From positions 806,001 to 870,000 of the forward strand of contig JABVCE010000008.1 of NCBI GenBank assembly GCA_014905635.1: a stretch of DNA of 64,000 bases, in the 5' to 3' direction. Below, one piece after another: positions 1-11,400 of this stretch. The position numbers and the translations under genes were made by a program. Origin of the DNA: Scenedesmus sp. PABB004 (taxonomy: Eukaryota). Below the pieces are notes generated by a model. That model was not told the DNA's origin. It did not search any database and was given only the letters and a program-made list of their open reading frames with translations. How positions within the stretch are numbered: position 1 is the first letter of the stretch; each line of letters opens with the position of its first letter.

Positions 1-64
1 ACGACTTCGCGAGGCTCTCTCCCGCGTCCGGCTGGCCAGGCCCGCGCAGCGCCGCCGCGGCGGT

Positions 65-508
65 TAGTGCGCGACAGCCCGCCGCAGCGGCGTGGCGTCC
101 TCTGCCGTCGCACATGCGCGAGGGGGTCCCGCGCGAGGCGCCCAAGCTCGCGCAGCTCTGCCTCGAAACGATCGCGGCGCACGCGGAGCGCCTGGTGTCG
201 CTGGCGGGCGGGCCCGAGGAGCTCATGCTGCAGCTGCTGCAGGTGCGCGCGGGCGCGCCGCACCGGCGCGGGGGAGCAGCGGGCACGTTGCGCATGCGCC
301 CCCGGGCGACCGCCGCCACCGTCGCGGCGCCCGACACCGCGGCCGCCCGCCGCGACGCGCGGCGCCGTGCACCGCCAGCTCGTGCTGGCGCAGGGCAAGC
401 TGACGCCCCGGCTCGCGGCGCTGTTCGCGGACTCCCAACACGACGCCGTGCTGGGCGCGCTGGCGGCGCTCAACCTGCGGGAGACGCCGCCGCTCGTGCC
501 CGACAGCG
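65..508 (+). repeat. Direct repeat copy 1 (about 440 bp; copy 2 at 2549-2996)
   Basis: Near-identical nucleotide sequence, including the intron, between 65-508 and 2549-2996. Confidence 0.9.
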
Positions 509-546
509 CGCGGCAGCACCGGCTGTTGCAGCAGCTCAGTGCGTGA
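114..546 (+). CDS. Small uncharacterised protein, duplicate copy with a divergent C-terminus (2 exons)
   Basis: Reads MREGVPREAPKLAQLCLETIAAHAERLVSLAGG...LLQ, then a GT-AG intron, then LVLAQGKLTPRLAALF...PLVPDS. Near-identical to 2598-3031 up to about 508. Its stop (544-546) overlaps the 3' end of AIDA on the opposite strand. Confidence 0.55.
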
Positions 547-2328
547 CGAGCCGCCGCGAGAGGTGCAGGTACAGCGGCTGCGCGCTCAGCAGCGTCGGGC
601 GGCGGCGGCGCGCAAAGTCGGCGGGCTTGCGGAACACCTCCAGCGCGGCGGTCCCGGGCACGGTCAGCTCGGGTCCCTCCATGTAGCAGTAGCACCGCAC
701 GCTCTTCTGCGCGGCCCGGGGACGGCGACGGGGCGCGCAGCAGGCGGGAGGCGGCGGAGAGAGGGCGGCGGCGTCGGACGGCGCGAGCGCGCGCCGCGCA
801 GCCTCGTTCGCAGTGCGGTCAGTGCGCAGCGCGGCGCCGCCCCCGGCCCGCGCGGCACCTTCTTCTTTGCGGGCTTGAAGTGCCGCAGCTCCAGGAACAC
901 GGCCGCGCCAGGCGGCAGGGCGTTGACCGGGCGCTGCGCGTGCCAGGTGACGCCGAGGCAGAGCTTGTTGTCGGCGCCCGCGCCGCCCGGCGGCAGCAGC
1001 ACCGGCGACTCCTGCACCGCCTCGAGCAGCCCACCCGCCGCGTCGCGCACGGTGATGACGACGTGCGGATCAACCATCGCGGCAGCGCCCTTGACGTACC
1101 ACGCGCCTGCGCGCACGCCGCGGCGGCGCGGGGGCGGGCGGGCGAGGCGCGCCACAGCGCGGTCGACCAACGCACGCGCGCCGCGCGGCGGCGGCGAGTC
1201 CGGCCAGGCGCGGCGCTGCCAGGTGCAGCGCGTGCGCAGCTGCGGCGCGCACCGAGCTCAATGCTGAGCGTGACGTCGCCCGGCTGCAGCAGCTCCGCGG
1301 CCGGCGGCGGCCGCAGCGTGCCCCCGCCCGGCGCCGGCTGCGCGGGCGGCGCGCCGCCACCGCCGCCGGTCGCGCCCCCTTGGCGCCCGTGCACGACAGC
1401 GACAGCTGCGTCGTGACCTCGGCGATGCTGTCGGCCTCGTCGTTGGGGTTTGAGATGGTCAGGCGCAGCCGTCGACCGAGCCGCGAATGCTCGCGCGCGC
1501 GGCGTGCGCGCGCGCGCGCTGCTCGCGCTGACCGCCGCCGCCTCGACCGCCACGCGCGGCGGCACCGCCGCCACGACCGCCATGAGCTCCGGCGGCAGCG
1601 CCACTGCGCCCCGCGCGGGCGGCGCGGGTCAGGGTGGGCGGGGCCCTCGTGCAGCTGCCGCGGGCGCGCGCGGCGCGCCGCCGGCCGCACCATCCGACAC
1701 GATGAGCCCCGCCACAAACGGCCGCAGCGCGCGCATGCCCGCCAGGCCCAGCCGCCCACGCGCGCCCGAGCCGAGCTCCTGCGCGCGGCGCGGGCGGCGC
1801 GCGTGATGCGGCGCGCACGTGATGCGGCGGCCGCGCCGCGCGACCGCCGGGGCGGCGGGCGGCCGCCGCCGGCGGCGCCCGCCCGCGCGCGGCCGCGGCG
1901 CGCCGTGATGCGGAGCTTGAGCAGCGTCGCGAGCCGGCCAATCGCCTCGCGCCGCGCCGGCGGCAGGTCCAGCACGTTTTCGAGGTGCTCCTGCCGCCGC
2001 CGCGCGCGCCAGAGGGGGAGGGGCACCGTGAGCAAGCCGACGCCGTGGACGAGCCGCGCGCGCGAGCTGCGGCGGCGCGCTGCCCGCGGCCGGCCGGCCG
2101 GCCGCGCGGCTCACCACCGCCGCCGCAACCTGCAGGCGCTGGTATCCGACCGCCGCCTCCTCCACCTGGCCGCGGCGGCGGCGGCCTGGCGCACCGCGCC
2201 GTGCGGCGCCGCGCCGCGCTGCAGCGCGCGCCCGCGACAGACACCGCGTGCGTGCGCGCCTGGCCCCACGTGTCATGGTCCAGAGCCTCGAGGAAGGCCC
2301 GGTTCCAGGTGACGCGCGTGTCCTCCAT
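536..2328 (-). CDS. AIDA: AIDA-like protein (axin interactor, dorsalization-associated; C-terminal Aida C2 domain), multi-exon
   Basis: N-terminus MEDTRVTWNRAFLEALDHDTWGQ|VEEAAVGYQRL. C-terminal AAVFLELRHFKPAKKK|KSVRCYCYMEGPEL...LEVFRKPADFARRR...PLYLHLSRRLVTH* matches the AIDA C2 consensus. One apparent frameshift at the C-run 1375-1379. Confidence 0.85.
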
Positions 2329-2548
2329 CGCGGCCGACGGCGGAGCCGGCGTGCGGCGGTCAACGCGCGACGGCGCCAAGCGCGTGGCGGCGCGTGCCGG
2401 CGTGGGGCAAGGGCGGCGGTGCTATCACGAAGCGCAGCAGGCCACCCGGAGCGGCCGGCCGCCGCCGGCGACGCTTCGCCGCAAAAAACCTGCGCCGCCG
2501 CCGGCCGCTGCCACGCGCAAAGGCCGGCGCCGCCGCGGTGGCCCGCTG

Positions 2549-2996
2549 TAGCGCGCGACAGCCCGCCGCAGCGGCGTGGCGTCCTCTGGCGTCGCACATG
2601 CGCGAGGGGGTCCCGCGCGAGGCGCCCAAGCTCGCGCAGCTCTGCCTCGAAACGATCGCGGCGCACGCGGAGCACCTGGTGTCGCTGGCGGGCGTGCCCG
2701 AGGAGCTCACGCTGCAGCTGCTGCAGGTGCGCGCGGGCGCGCCGCACCGGCGCGGGGGAGCGGCGGGCACGTTGCGCATGCGCCCCCGGGCGGCCGCCCG
2801 CCACCGCCGCGGCGCCCGACACCGCGGCCGCCCGCCGCTGCGACGCGCGGCGCCGTGCACCGCCAGCTCGTGCTGGCGCAGGGCAAGCTGACGCCCCGGC
2901 TCGCGGCGCTGTTCGCGGACTCCCAACACGACGCCGTGCTGGGCGCGCTGGCGGCGCTCAACCTGCGGGAGACGCCGCCGCTCGTCCCCGACAGCG
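2549..2996 (+). repeat. Direct repeat copy 2 (copy 1 at 65-508)
   Basis: Near-identical to 65-508. Confidence 0.9.
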
Positions 2997-3031
2997 AGCG
3001 GCCGTGGCTGGGCTGGGCGCGGCGCTTCTGA
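2598..3031 (+). CDS. Small uncharacterised protein (BC-box/F-box-like L..LCL..I N-terminal motif), 2 exons
   Basis: ATG at 2598, GT-AG intron after LQLLQ, ends PDSERPWLGWARRF*. Codon usage is host-like. Confidence 0.7.
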
Positions 3032-3287
3032 GGTGCGCGGCGATGCGCCGTGGGCCCGCAGCGCGCCACACGCCCGGCCGCGCAGCGGGTGGCCGGGCGC
3101 ACGGGGGGCCGGCCACTGCCGTCGGCTACGCGTGGGCGGCGCGGCAGGGCCGCCCGTGGCGGGGGCGCGCCAGATCTAGGCCCGAGCCGCCCGCCGCTGC
3201 TGCTCGCCGCCGCCGCCGCAGGAGAGCCGCCCGCGCGCGGCTCCCGCCCGTTCAGACGCAGCCGGAGGCGCCACGGCGGCAGCGGCG

Positions 3288-4766
3288 ATGCTGGCCACGC
3301 TGGCGGGCCCCGCCCCCGTGACCGCCGTGCTGGCGGGCCTCTGGAACGCCAGCAACGACGACCGCGGCGCCGCGCCGCAGCCCGCGGCGGCGCTCGCCGC
3401 GGTCGCCGCGCTGCCCGGCCTCGCACACGCGGCCCGGGCGCCGCTGGCGCAGGCGCAGCCCGGCCCCGCGGCCCCCACCCCCGCGGGCGCGGCCGGCTCG
3501 CCGCGCGGCGCCGGCGCCGCCGCGCCGCGCGCGGCGGGCTACTCGACCGACGCCTACTGGAACGGGCGCTACGCAGAGAAGTCGACCCACTTTGACTGGT
3601 TCTACAACTACGGCGCGCTCGCGGGGCTCATCGGCGCGACGTGCGACGCCGGCGCGGGGCCGGTGCTGCACGTCGGCTGCGGCAACAGCGGCCTCAGCGA
3701 GGGCATGGTCCAGGACGGCTACACGGTGCGCGCCGCGGCCGGCCGCGGCGGCGGGCGGCGCGCGTGCGCTGCGGGCGGCTGGCCGCCGGCGGCGCCGCCC
3801 GGCGCGCGCGCGCCCACGCGCCACCCTGCGCCCGCCAGGTCGTCAACGTGGACATCTCGGACGTTGTCATCGCGCAGATGCGGCGCATGCACGCGCTGCC
3901 GGGGCAGTCGTGGGAGGTGGCCGACTGCCGGTCGATGCCGCAGTACGGCGACGCCAGCTTTGGCGCGGTGCTGGACAAGGGCACGCTCGACGCGGTGCTC
4001 TGCAGCAGGTGCGCGCCCGCCTGCGCGCCCGCGTGCCGCGCGCCCGCGCGCCCCCGCGCCCGCGCGCCGCGCGCGCGCCGCGCGCCCCTGCACCGGCCGC
4101 CGCCCACGCGACCACGCGACCCCGCCGCCCACGCACCGCCGCCCGCGCGCGCGCAGCCACGGCGCGGCCGACACGGCGGCCTACCTGGGCGAGGTGCACC
4201 GCCTGCTGGCGCCGGGCGGGGTCTTCCTGCTGATCAGCCTCGGCCAGCCCGGCGCGCGCCTGGCCGCGCTGCACGCGCCCAGCGCCGCCGCGGCGCCGCC
4301 GCCGCCGCCCTACCTGTCGCCCGCGTACGCGGCGCGCCACGCCGACGAGGCCGCGGCGGCCGCGGGCGCCGCGGCGGCCGCGCCCGGCGCGCCGCCCGCG
4401 TGGGCGTGGGGCAGCGTGGCGGTGTACCTGCTGCCCAAGCCCAGCCTCTACCTCGCGAGCGAGCTCAGCCTGTCGGCGCGCGGCGCGCCCGTGGCCGCGC
4501 CCGCGCCGCCGGCGCCTGGGCGCGCCGCGCCGCCGTGCACGGACAAGGACAGCCCCGTGGCGTGGCTCGGGCCGTTCGCGCCGGGCGCGGAGCTCGACGC
4601 CGCCGTCGCGGAGCGGGGCCTGCAGCTGCGCGAGTACTTCACCGCGTTTGTCTGCCGCAAGGCAGCGGACGCCGCGGGCGCCGCCCCCGCCGCGCGCGAC
4701 GCCCCGCCGCCGCCGCCGCCGCCGCCGCCGGGCGGGGCCGGCGCCCCCGCCGGCGACGCGGCGTAG
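3288..4766 (+). CDS. SAM-dependent methyltransferase, EEF1AKMT4/METTL13-N-like, multi-exon
   Basis: Motifs YWNGRY..FDWF, VLHVGCGNS, VVNVDIS, DKGTLDA and EVHRLLAPGGVFLLISLG, spread across two introns. Confidence 0.85.
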   Translation: MLATLAGPAPVTAVLAGLWNASNDDRGAAPQPAAALAAVAALPGLAHAARAPLAQAQPGPAAPTPAGAAGSPRGAGAAAPRAAGYSTDAYWNGRYAEKSTHFDWFYNYGALAGLIGATCDAGAGPVLHVGCGNSGLSEGMVQDGYTVRAAAGRGGGRRACAAGGWPPAAPPGARAPTRHPAPARSSTWTSRTLSSRRCGACTRCRGSRGRWPTAGRCRSTATPALARCWTRARSTRCSAAGARPPARPRAARPRAPAPARRARAARPCTGRRPRDHATPPPTHRRPRARSHGAADTAAYLGEVHRLLAPGGVFLLISLGQPGARLAALHAPSAAAAPPPPPYLSPAYAARHADEAAAAAGAAAAAPGAPPAWAWGSVAVYLLPKPSLYLASELSLSARGAPVAAPAPPAPGRAAPPCTDKDSPVAWLGPFAPGAELDAAVAERGLQLREYFTAFVCRKAADAAGAAPAARDAPPPPPPPPPGGAGAPAGDAA

Positions 4767-5820
4767 CGGCGGTTTGTGCGGGGGAGGAGGGGGGGGGCCG
4801 TTTGCACCACCACAATGCCACTTGCGTCATCTCTCGGGCCGGACGGCGGGGCGGATCGGCGCCCGGCGCCGCGCGGCGCGCTATTGCGGCCGCGGGGCGC
4901 CCGGCGTCCCCCCCTCGCCGCCGCGCGCCGGGCCGCAGCACTGCGCTGCGTGTGGGCCATCCCCTACTACCGGGGCTCCGCCTTGCCAGCACTCCTCGCG
5001 TGTCGCATGCCGCTCGCCGCCGTGTGTACATCAGGCGCCGCGCCGCGCCGCCCCGCGCCGGCGGCGCCCCGCCGCCGCGGGGCCGGCGTCGGCGCCGCGC
5101 GCGCGCGCGCGCGCGTACGATATCGTGCCGCCGTCACGCAAACAAACAAGCTGGCCGCCCCGCGGCCAGCGCTCCCAACCCTCGCTTCACGCACTTTGGC
5201 GGCACCCAAATCAACGGCGGCCCCGCGCGGCGGGCTACGGCGCCCGGGCGCGTCGTTCTCAGACGGCCGCGTGCGGCGCCAGCGTTTTCACGGTTCCTTC
5301 TGCGTGCGTGAGAGCTGCAGCGCTAGCGAGTGCTCGCGCCGCTGCACGGCCCTCAGTTTTGCTCGGCCCGCGGGCGCGGTGTGGGACGCGTGTGCGTCGG
5401 CGCGCGCACGGCAGGGGCGGCGCGCGGGAGCAGCACCGCCGCGCGGCGCCCCTCCCTTCGCCTCCCTGCTCTCGGCCGCTGCCCACCCGCGAGCGCGCCC
5501 CCTCGCTCTCTCCCGCGCCGCCGCTCGCGCGGCGGCCGGGCGCCACGCCTCTGGCCCTGGCTTTGACCCGGATCGCGTTCCGTTGCCCGTCTCTGTTTCT
5601 GTTCGCCGCCAAGCGTTCGTCCGTTCGTTCGCGTGTGGGTTGCTCGGTGCAGTCGCGCGCGTTGGAGCACGCCGAGCTGTGCGTTGGTGGCGGTGGTGGT
5701 CGTGGTCGTCGTGGTGGCGTCGGTCAGTTGGTCTCATGGATCATCGCGAGCGTCACAGAGCTAGCCAGCGACTGTTTCACGAACGAGCTCGTCGTCGTTG
5801 TAACCACCCGTCACTCGCGC

Positions 5821-6762
5821 TCACGCGTCGCCCCAGCCATCGCTGCTGCTGCCGCTCGCCCCGTGCTCGCCCGCTCCCCGCCGCCGCCGCCGCCCGCCGG
5901 GGCGCGCGCAGACCGGCGCGTCGCCGTCCAGCTTGCACAGCGCGTCGCGCAGCTGCCGCGTCTGCCTCCGCAGCGCCGCGATGTCCTGCTGCGCCTGCAG
6001 CAGCGCCCGCGCGAGCACCGGGTCGGGCTGCTGCGGCGCCGCGCCCGCCGGCGCGGCCGGCGGCGGGCGCGCCGGCTGCGGCTGCGGCGCCTGCGCCTGC
6101 TGCGCGCCGCCGCCGCGCGGCCCAAGCTGCGGCGCGCCCACTGCCGCCTGCGGCTGCAGCCCGCCGGGGAGCGAGCCTGCGGCGGCGGCGGGGGCCGCGG
6201 GGCGCGGTCGGGCGGCGCAGCTCGCGCGCAGAGCCCTGCCGGCAGCCGCGCGCGCCCGCACGCACCGAGCCGCGCCAGCAGCGCCGCGCCCGCGTCGGCC
6301 GCCTGCGCCAGCGCGGAGGGCTTCAGCATCAGCCCCGCGCCGAAGCCATAGCCGACGCCCACGCCGCAGCCGGCGCCCACGTCGAGGCCGCGCACGCCGA
6401 GGCCGCGCACCGCGGCGCGCGCGGCCGCCGCGCCGCCGCCGAGCGCGCCGCCCACGCCGCCGAGCCCCGCCGCCACGCCCTGCGCCGCCTGGCCCAGCGC
6501 GGGGACGGCGGCGGCCAGGTTGAGCGGGCCGCCGAAGCCGAGCCCCACGCCGCACCCGACGCCCAGGCCTGCGGGGGCAGCGCGCGGCGCGCGCGTCGGC
6601 TCGCCCGCCGACCGCGCTGTGGGCGCCCGGCGGCGGCGCGGCCCGCCGCTCACCCAGGCCCACGCTGCCGATCTGGAGCGTGAAGGGCAGCCCGAAGCTG
6701 ACGGCTGGAGCCGGCTGCCAGGCCTCGTCGCCGGGCGACTGCGCCGCCGGCGCTGCTGCCAT
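5821..6762 (-). CDS. Glycine-rich membrane protein of a plant-conserved GxGCGxGxG type, with a C-terminal coiled coil
   Basis: PFTLQIGSVGL|GLGVGCGVGLGFGGPLNL...GAGCGVGVGYGFGAGLMLKP, then the coiled coil LLQAQQDIAALRRQTRQLRDALC. Canonical introns. Confidence 0.7.
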   Translation of the reverse strand: MAAAPAAQSPGDEAWQPAPAVSFGLPFTLQIGSVGLGERRAAPPPGAHSAVGGRADARAARCPRRPGRRVRRGARLRRPAQPGRRRPRAGPGGAGRGGGARRRGRRARRRRGGRARRGARPRRARPRRGRRLRRGRRLWLRRGADAEALRAGAGGRRGRGAAGAARCVRARAAAGRALRASCAARPRPAAPAAAAGSLPGGLQPQAAVGAPQLGPRGGGAQQAQAPQPQPARPPPAAPAGAAPQQPDPVLARALLQAQQDIAALRRQTRQLRDALCKLDGDAPVCARPGGRRRRRGAGEHGASGSSSDGWGDA

Positions 6763-7370
6763 CCGGCCGCGCCCGGCTGGCCGCCTCGCGCCAGACCCCG
6801 CGCAGCCGGCTGTGCGGAGGCCTGCGCAACTCGAGCCCGCTCCACGCAGAGGATGGGGCGTAAGGCTCGCGCCGGCACCAGCCGCGCGCTGCTGCCGCCG
6901 CTGCTGCACCGCTGCTGTGCCGCTGCCCGCGGTGGCTGCCGCTCAGGGCGTCGGGGTGCGCTGCCAGGAGCAGCGCTCGACGTCGGCAGCGTCTCCACGC
7001 GCGCAGCCCGAGCGCCGCGCCCTCAACCGCAGCCCTGCGCCGCCGCCCGCGGCCGGCCGACCGCGCGGCGTCGCGGAGCGCAGGCGGTTGCTTACACGCG
7101 AGCGCAGGCGCGCGGCATGCCCCCAGCCCCGGCGCGCGCCCATGTCACAGGGCGCGCGCGCGCAGTGGAAAAAAAGGTCTTTTTTTGTTTTGTACACATC
7201 AACTCGCCGGCCCGCTGCGCTGCTGCTGCTGCTGCTACCCCACCGGCGCGCGCCGACATCCGACGACGGGTTTTTTTGGGCTTTTTTTCGTACACGTGCA
7301 GTACAGTGATCGGCGGCCGGCCGGCGGGCGCCGCGGCGGGCGCGCCGCGCCCGCGCGCGGGCGCGCGCGC

Positions 7371-8083
7371 TCAGCAGCCCTTGGCCGCGAGCGCCTTGCC
7401 GAAGCGCTCCTGGACCTCCGACGCCTCGGCCTCCTCCATCTCGGCCATCGTCGCGACCCAGAGCTCGGCGGCCTCCAGCTCCTCGAGCTCCGCCTCGCTG
7501 ATGCCGTGCTCCTGCTGCGCGCGGGCGCGTGCGGCGCGGCGCGGCGCGGCGCGGAGCGGCGGCGCGTGAGCAGCAGGGGCGCCAGCCTGGCGCCGGCGGG
7601 GCTGCCGGCGGGGCGCCTCGCCGGCGGGCGCGCGGGTACTTGTGCTCGGGCGTGCGTGTGCTGCCGGGGTGCATGCGGAATCAACGCCGGGCCTTCCCGG
7701 CCGCTGGCGCCCCCGCCGGCCCGGCGCGCCCGCGCCCTGCGCTGTGAGCACGCAGAGCATGCCCTAGGGCGCAGCAGGGGCCGTCCCGCAGCGTCCAGCG
7801 GGGGCAGCCTCGCCGAGGGCTGCCCAAGGGCTCTCCCGGGCCGCGCGGGGGCGTCCGAGGCGGGCCAGGGCGCGGCCCCGGCCACGCGCCGGTGTCCGGG
7901 CGGCCCGCCGGCCCGCTGCGGGCGCTGCGCGCGCGGGGGGGAGGGCCGCAAGTCCGCGCATCCGTGGCACTGCCTCCAGGCGCCCACCTCGACCTCCGCC
8001 TCGTCGCCGTGCGAGCCGAAGGAGACGTCGGACTTGAAGGAGGACGGCACAAACTCGGCAGCGGCGGGATTGAGCGAGGCCAT
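7371..8083 (-). CDS. Small acidic PAM2-motif protein (PABP-interacting, ERD15/CID-like), 2 exons
   Basis: MASLNPAAAEFVPSS is a PAM2 motif. The acidic second exon reads EHGISEAELEELEAAELWVATMAEMEEAE...KGC*. Confidence 0.7.
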
Positions 8084-8406
8084 GTTGGTCTGGTCGAGCG
8101 AGCTGCTGCGGAGGTGGCGGTGGAAGCGGTGAGCGTGGTGGCGCTGGTAATGTTGCTGAGCGTGGTGTGGCGGAGCGGCGGGCGGGCGCATCGGAGCAGG
8201 CCGGAACAGCAGCAGAAGGCTCGCGGTCGAATGACGCCCCTGGTCGCGAAGCACCGCGCGTGAGCGCCCGCACGCCGCAGGGACTCCCGGGACGCACCCA
8301 CGAACCGCAGCACGCGCGCCGCACCGGACCCGCGCGCGCCGCTGCTCGCGCCGCTTGACCGCGCCGCGCCGCGCCGCGCCCGCACGGCGGCGCCCGCACG
8401 GCGACG

Positions 8407-11400
8407 ATGAGCGGCGGCGGCCGGCGGGCCCCGGGCCCGCCCTCGGCGGACGGCTCCGCCAGGGGCGTCCTGCACAGTGGCGGCGGCGGCGGCGGCAGCG
8501 CGTCGAGGGGCGCCGCGCCGCCGGCGCAGCGCACGACCGCCAGCAACTGGGGCGGCCCCAACCGCGCCAGCGGCGTGCCGAGTGCGCGCGGCGCGGCGGC
8601 GCACGCCGGCGGCGGCCAGCGCCGCGCAGCGCCGCCGCCCGACAATGCTGCGCGACGCGCCGCCGCGCCGCGCCGCGCAGGCCGGCATAGCTACCGGCAG
8701 TCCAATGTGCGCCGCAGCGCCGGCAGCCGCCGCACCGGCGACACGGCCGACGGCGGCGCGCCCATCAAGGTGCGGCGCCGCGCCGCGCCGCGCCGCGCCG
8801 CGCCGCGCCGCGCCGCACCCCGCGCCGCGCCGCACCCCGCTGCGCCACACCCTGCCGCACCGCGTGGCGTGCGCGGCGCGGCAGCTCATCGACGAGGCGG
8901 GCGTCAACCGCACGCCCAAGCCGCTCGTGGCGATCGTGGGCTCGCCGGCGCTGCGCGCGGCGCGGGGGCTGGGCACCGAGGAGAGCGTGCTCGGCAGCGA
9001 GGCGAGCGACGCGCTGCTCGGCGACCGTCCGAGCTCCGCGGGCTTCAGCCGCGGCTGGTTTGACAGCGGCGCGGCAACGCCGGGCGGGGACGCGGAACCG
9101 GAGCCGCCGGGTGCGCGCGCGCGCGGGCGGCGCGCGGCAGCGCGCGCCCCGCGCCGGGGCCGCGCCCCGGCGGCCCGCCGCCGCCCTCCTCCGACCCCCT
9201 GGCCTCTCCCCGCCCGGCCGCGGCAGGCGCGCGGCTCCTGGTTCCCTCAAACACGGCGCTGTTCGCGCGCCGCGGCGACGCCGGGGCGAGCTGCTGCTCC
9301 GTGGGCTCGAGCGCGCGGCCGACGCGCTCGCCGCCGGCGGGCGCGGCGCGGCCGGCGGCGGCGCCGCCGCGGCGGCCGCTGAGTGAGGCGGAGCTGGCCC
9401 GGCCCGTGCACGTGCTGCTGCAGGTCAGCGGCGACCTCGTCGCGCTGGAGGTGCCGGGTGCGCGAGCGGGCGGCGGGTGGGCGGGCGGGCGGGCGGCGGC
9501 GGCGGCCGCAGCGCGCGCCGAGCGGCCTGGCCTGCGCGCATGCGCCGCCCGCGCGCAGGCCTGGCACTCGCGGCCGACACGGCCGAGGGCGCGGCCGTGG
9601 CGGCGGCCAACGCGGCGTATGCGCAGGCGCAGCTCGCCGGCCGCGACGCGAGTGACCACTTCGCGGCGTCGTCGGCGCAGACGCTCGCGCCGCTGCGCAA
9701 GGCGCGCGAGGTGCAGAGCGCGCCGGCGAGCGCGGCCGACGCCGCGTGCCAGGCGAGCGGGTGGGACCTGGCGGACAGCTACGCGGCGCTGGACGCGGCG
9801 GCCGACGCCGACGCCGAGGAGGCGCTGGGCAGCGTGCTGCCCTCGGGCGCGGCGGTCGCGACGGGTGCGGCGGCGGCGAGGGCGCACGGCGAGGATGTGG
9901 CAGTGCACCTCCCGCGGCGCACGTGCGCGCCCGACCGCGGCGCCCGCCCCCGCAGGCGCGCCCGGCGGCGGCCACCCCTCGTCCTCGAGGGTGTCGTTCA
10001 TGCGCAGCAGCCAGCAGAACTGGGGCCGGGCCAGCAACCTGGGCTGGTCGGCCAGCGGCGGCGGGCCCGGCGGCAGCGCGGCGAGCAGCCGGCGCACCAC
10101 CGCCCTCGACAGCAGCGCCGCGGCGGCGTGGGGCCGGCCCAGCAGCAGCGCTGGCGGCGGCAGGGGTGCGTTCGGGGCGGCGCGGTCCGCGGCTGCGGCC
10201 GCGGCGGTGCCCGTGCACCCGGCCCGCGCCGCCCTGACCAGCCGCCCCGTCTGTCCGTCACCGCGCCGCCGCCGCGCCGCAGCCAAGGGCAGCACCAGCG
10301 GCTTCAGCAGCAGCGGCGGGGGCGCCGCGAGCGGCAGCAGCGCGACGGCCGCGGCGCTGCTGGCCGCGGCGGCGGCCGTGCCGCAGGCGGAGCCCTGGAC
10401 GCGGCTGCCGGGGCTGGCGGCGGCGCTCGCGCTGGCCGAGGCGGCCATCTCGCAGGCCGCCCACCTGCCGCAGCTGCTGCTCTACCGGTGCGCTTGGGGG
10501 AGGGCGGCGGGCTCTTTGCTGCGCGGCGCGCGGCCGGCGCCGGCACTGAGCAGTGGCGCGCGCGCGGCGCCGCGCCCACGGCGCACGCCGCGCGCCGCGC
10601 GCCCTGCGCCCGCACGCAGGGACATCAAGCTGCCGCCGCCGGCGGCGCTGCCGTCGGCCTGCGGCGGCGCCGCGGCGCCGGACCCGCTGGACGACGGCCT
10701 GTCGGCGTGCGGCAGCGCTGTGAGCGCAGGCGGCGCCAGCCAGCGCGGAGGCCTCGCCGTCGTGCCCCCGACGCCGACGAGCGCGCGGCCGTCCCTCGCG
10801 TCGTCCCGCGGCGCGGCGGCCGACGCATGGGCGGCGGCGGGCGGGCCCGGCGGCGGCCTGGCCGGCGGCGGCCCCGGCAGCGTGACGGGGCTGGCGATGG
10901 GCCGGCGGCCGTCGTCGCAGCTCGCGCCCGAGGTGGCTGCAGGCAGCCGGCAGTCCAGCTTCATGGTGCGCGTGCTGGGAGGGTTCTGGCGGCCGCGCCG
11001 CAGCTCGCGCGCACCCGCCCGTTGTCATGCACGCGCACACGAAACCGCGCAGGGCTCGTCGCGGCTGCTGCGTGGCGGCCGGCCGCCGCCGGGGCTGCAG
11101 CTGCTGTGGACGTGGAGCTGCACGGCGACGGCCGGAATGGCGGTCACCAGCCTCGCCTGGAACGGCACCAACACCAACCTCGTGGCGGCGGGCTACCGCC
11201 CAAACCCCGCCGCCGCAGCCACTGCCGCCGCCACGGACGCCGCGCGGCCCAAGAGCGGCGCCGCAGCCGCCAGGCAGGGCACGGACAGCTCGAGCTCGCG
11301 CGGCAGCTCCGCTGGCGGCCGGGCGCGCGGCGCCGGCGACGGGGCGCCGCCGCCGGGCGCGCCGGGCTGCGAGCCGGGCGGGCGCGTGGCGGTGTGGTCT

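Noticed and set aside
4767..5820. ORFs between the methyltransferase and the glycine-rich gene
   Set aside because: This is a convergent 3' UTR region, and no supported protein or RNA motif was seen.
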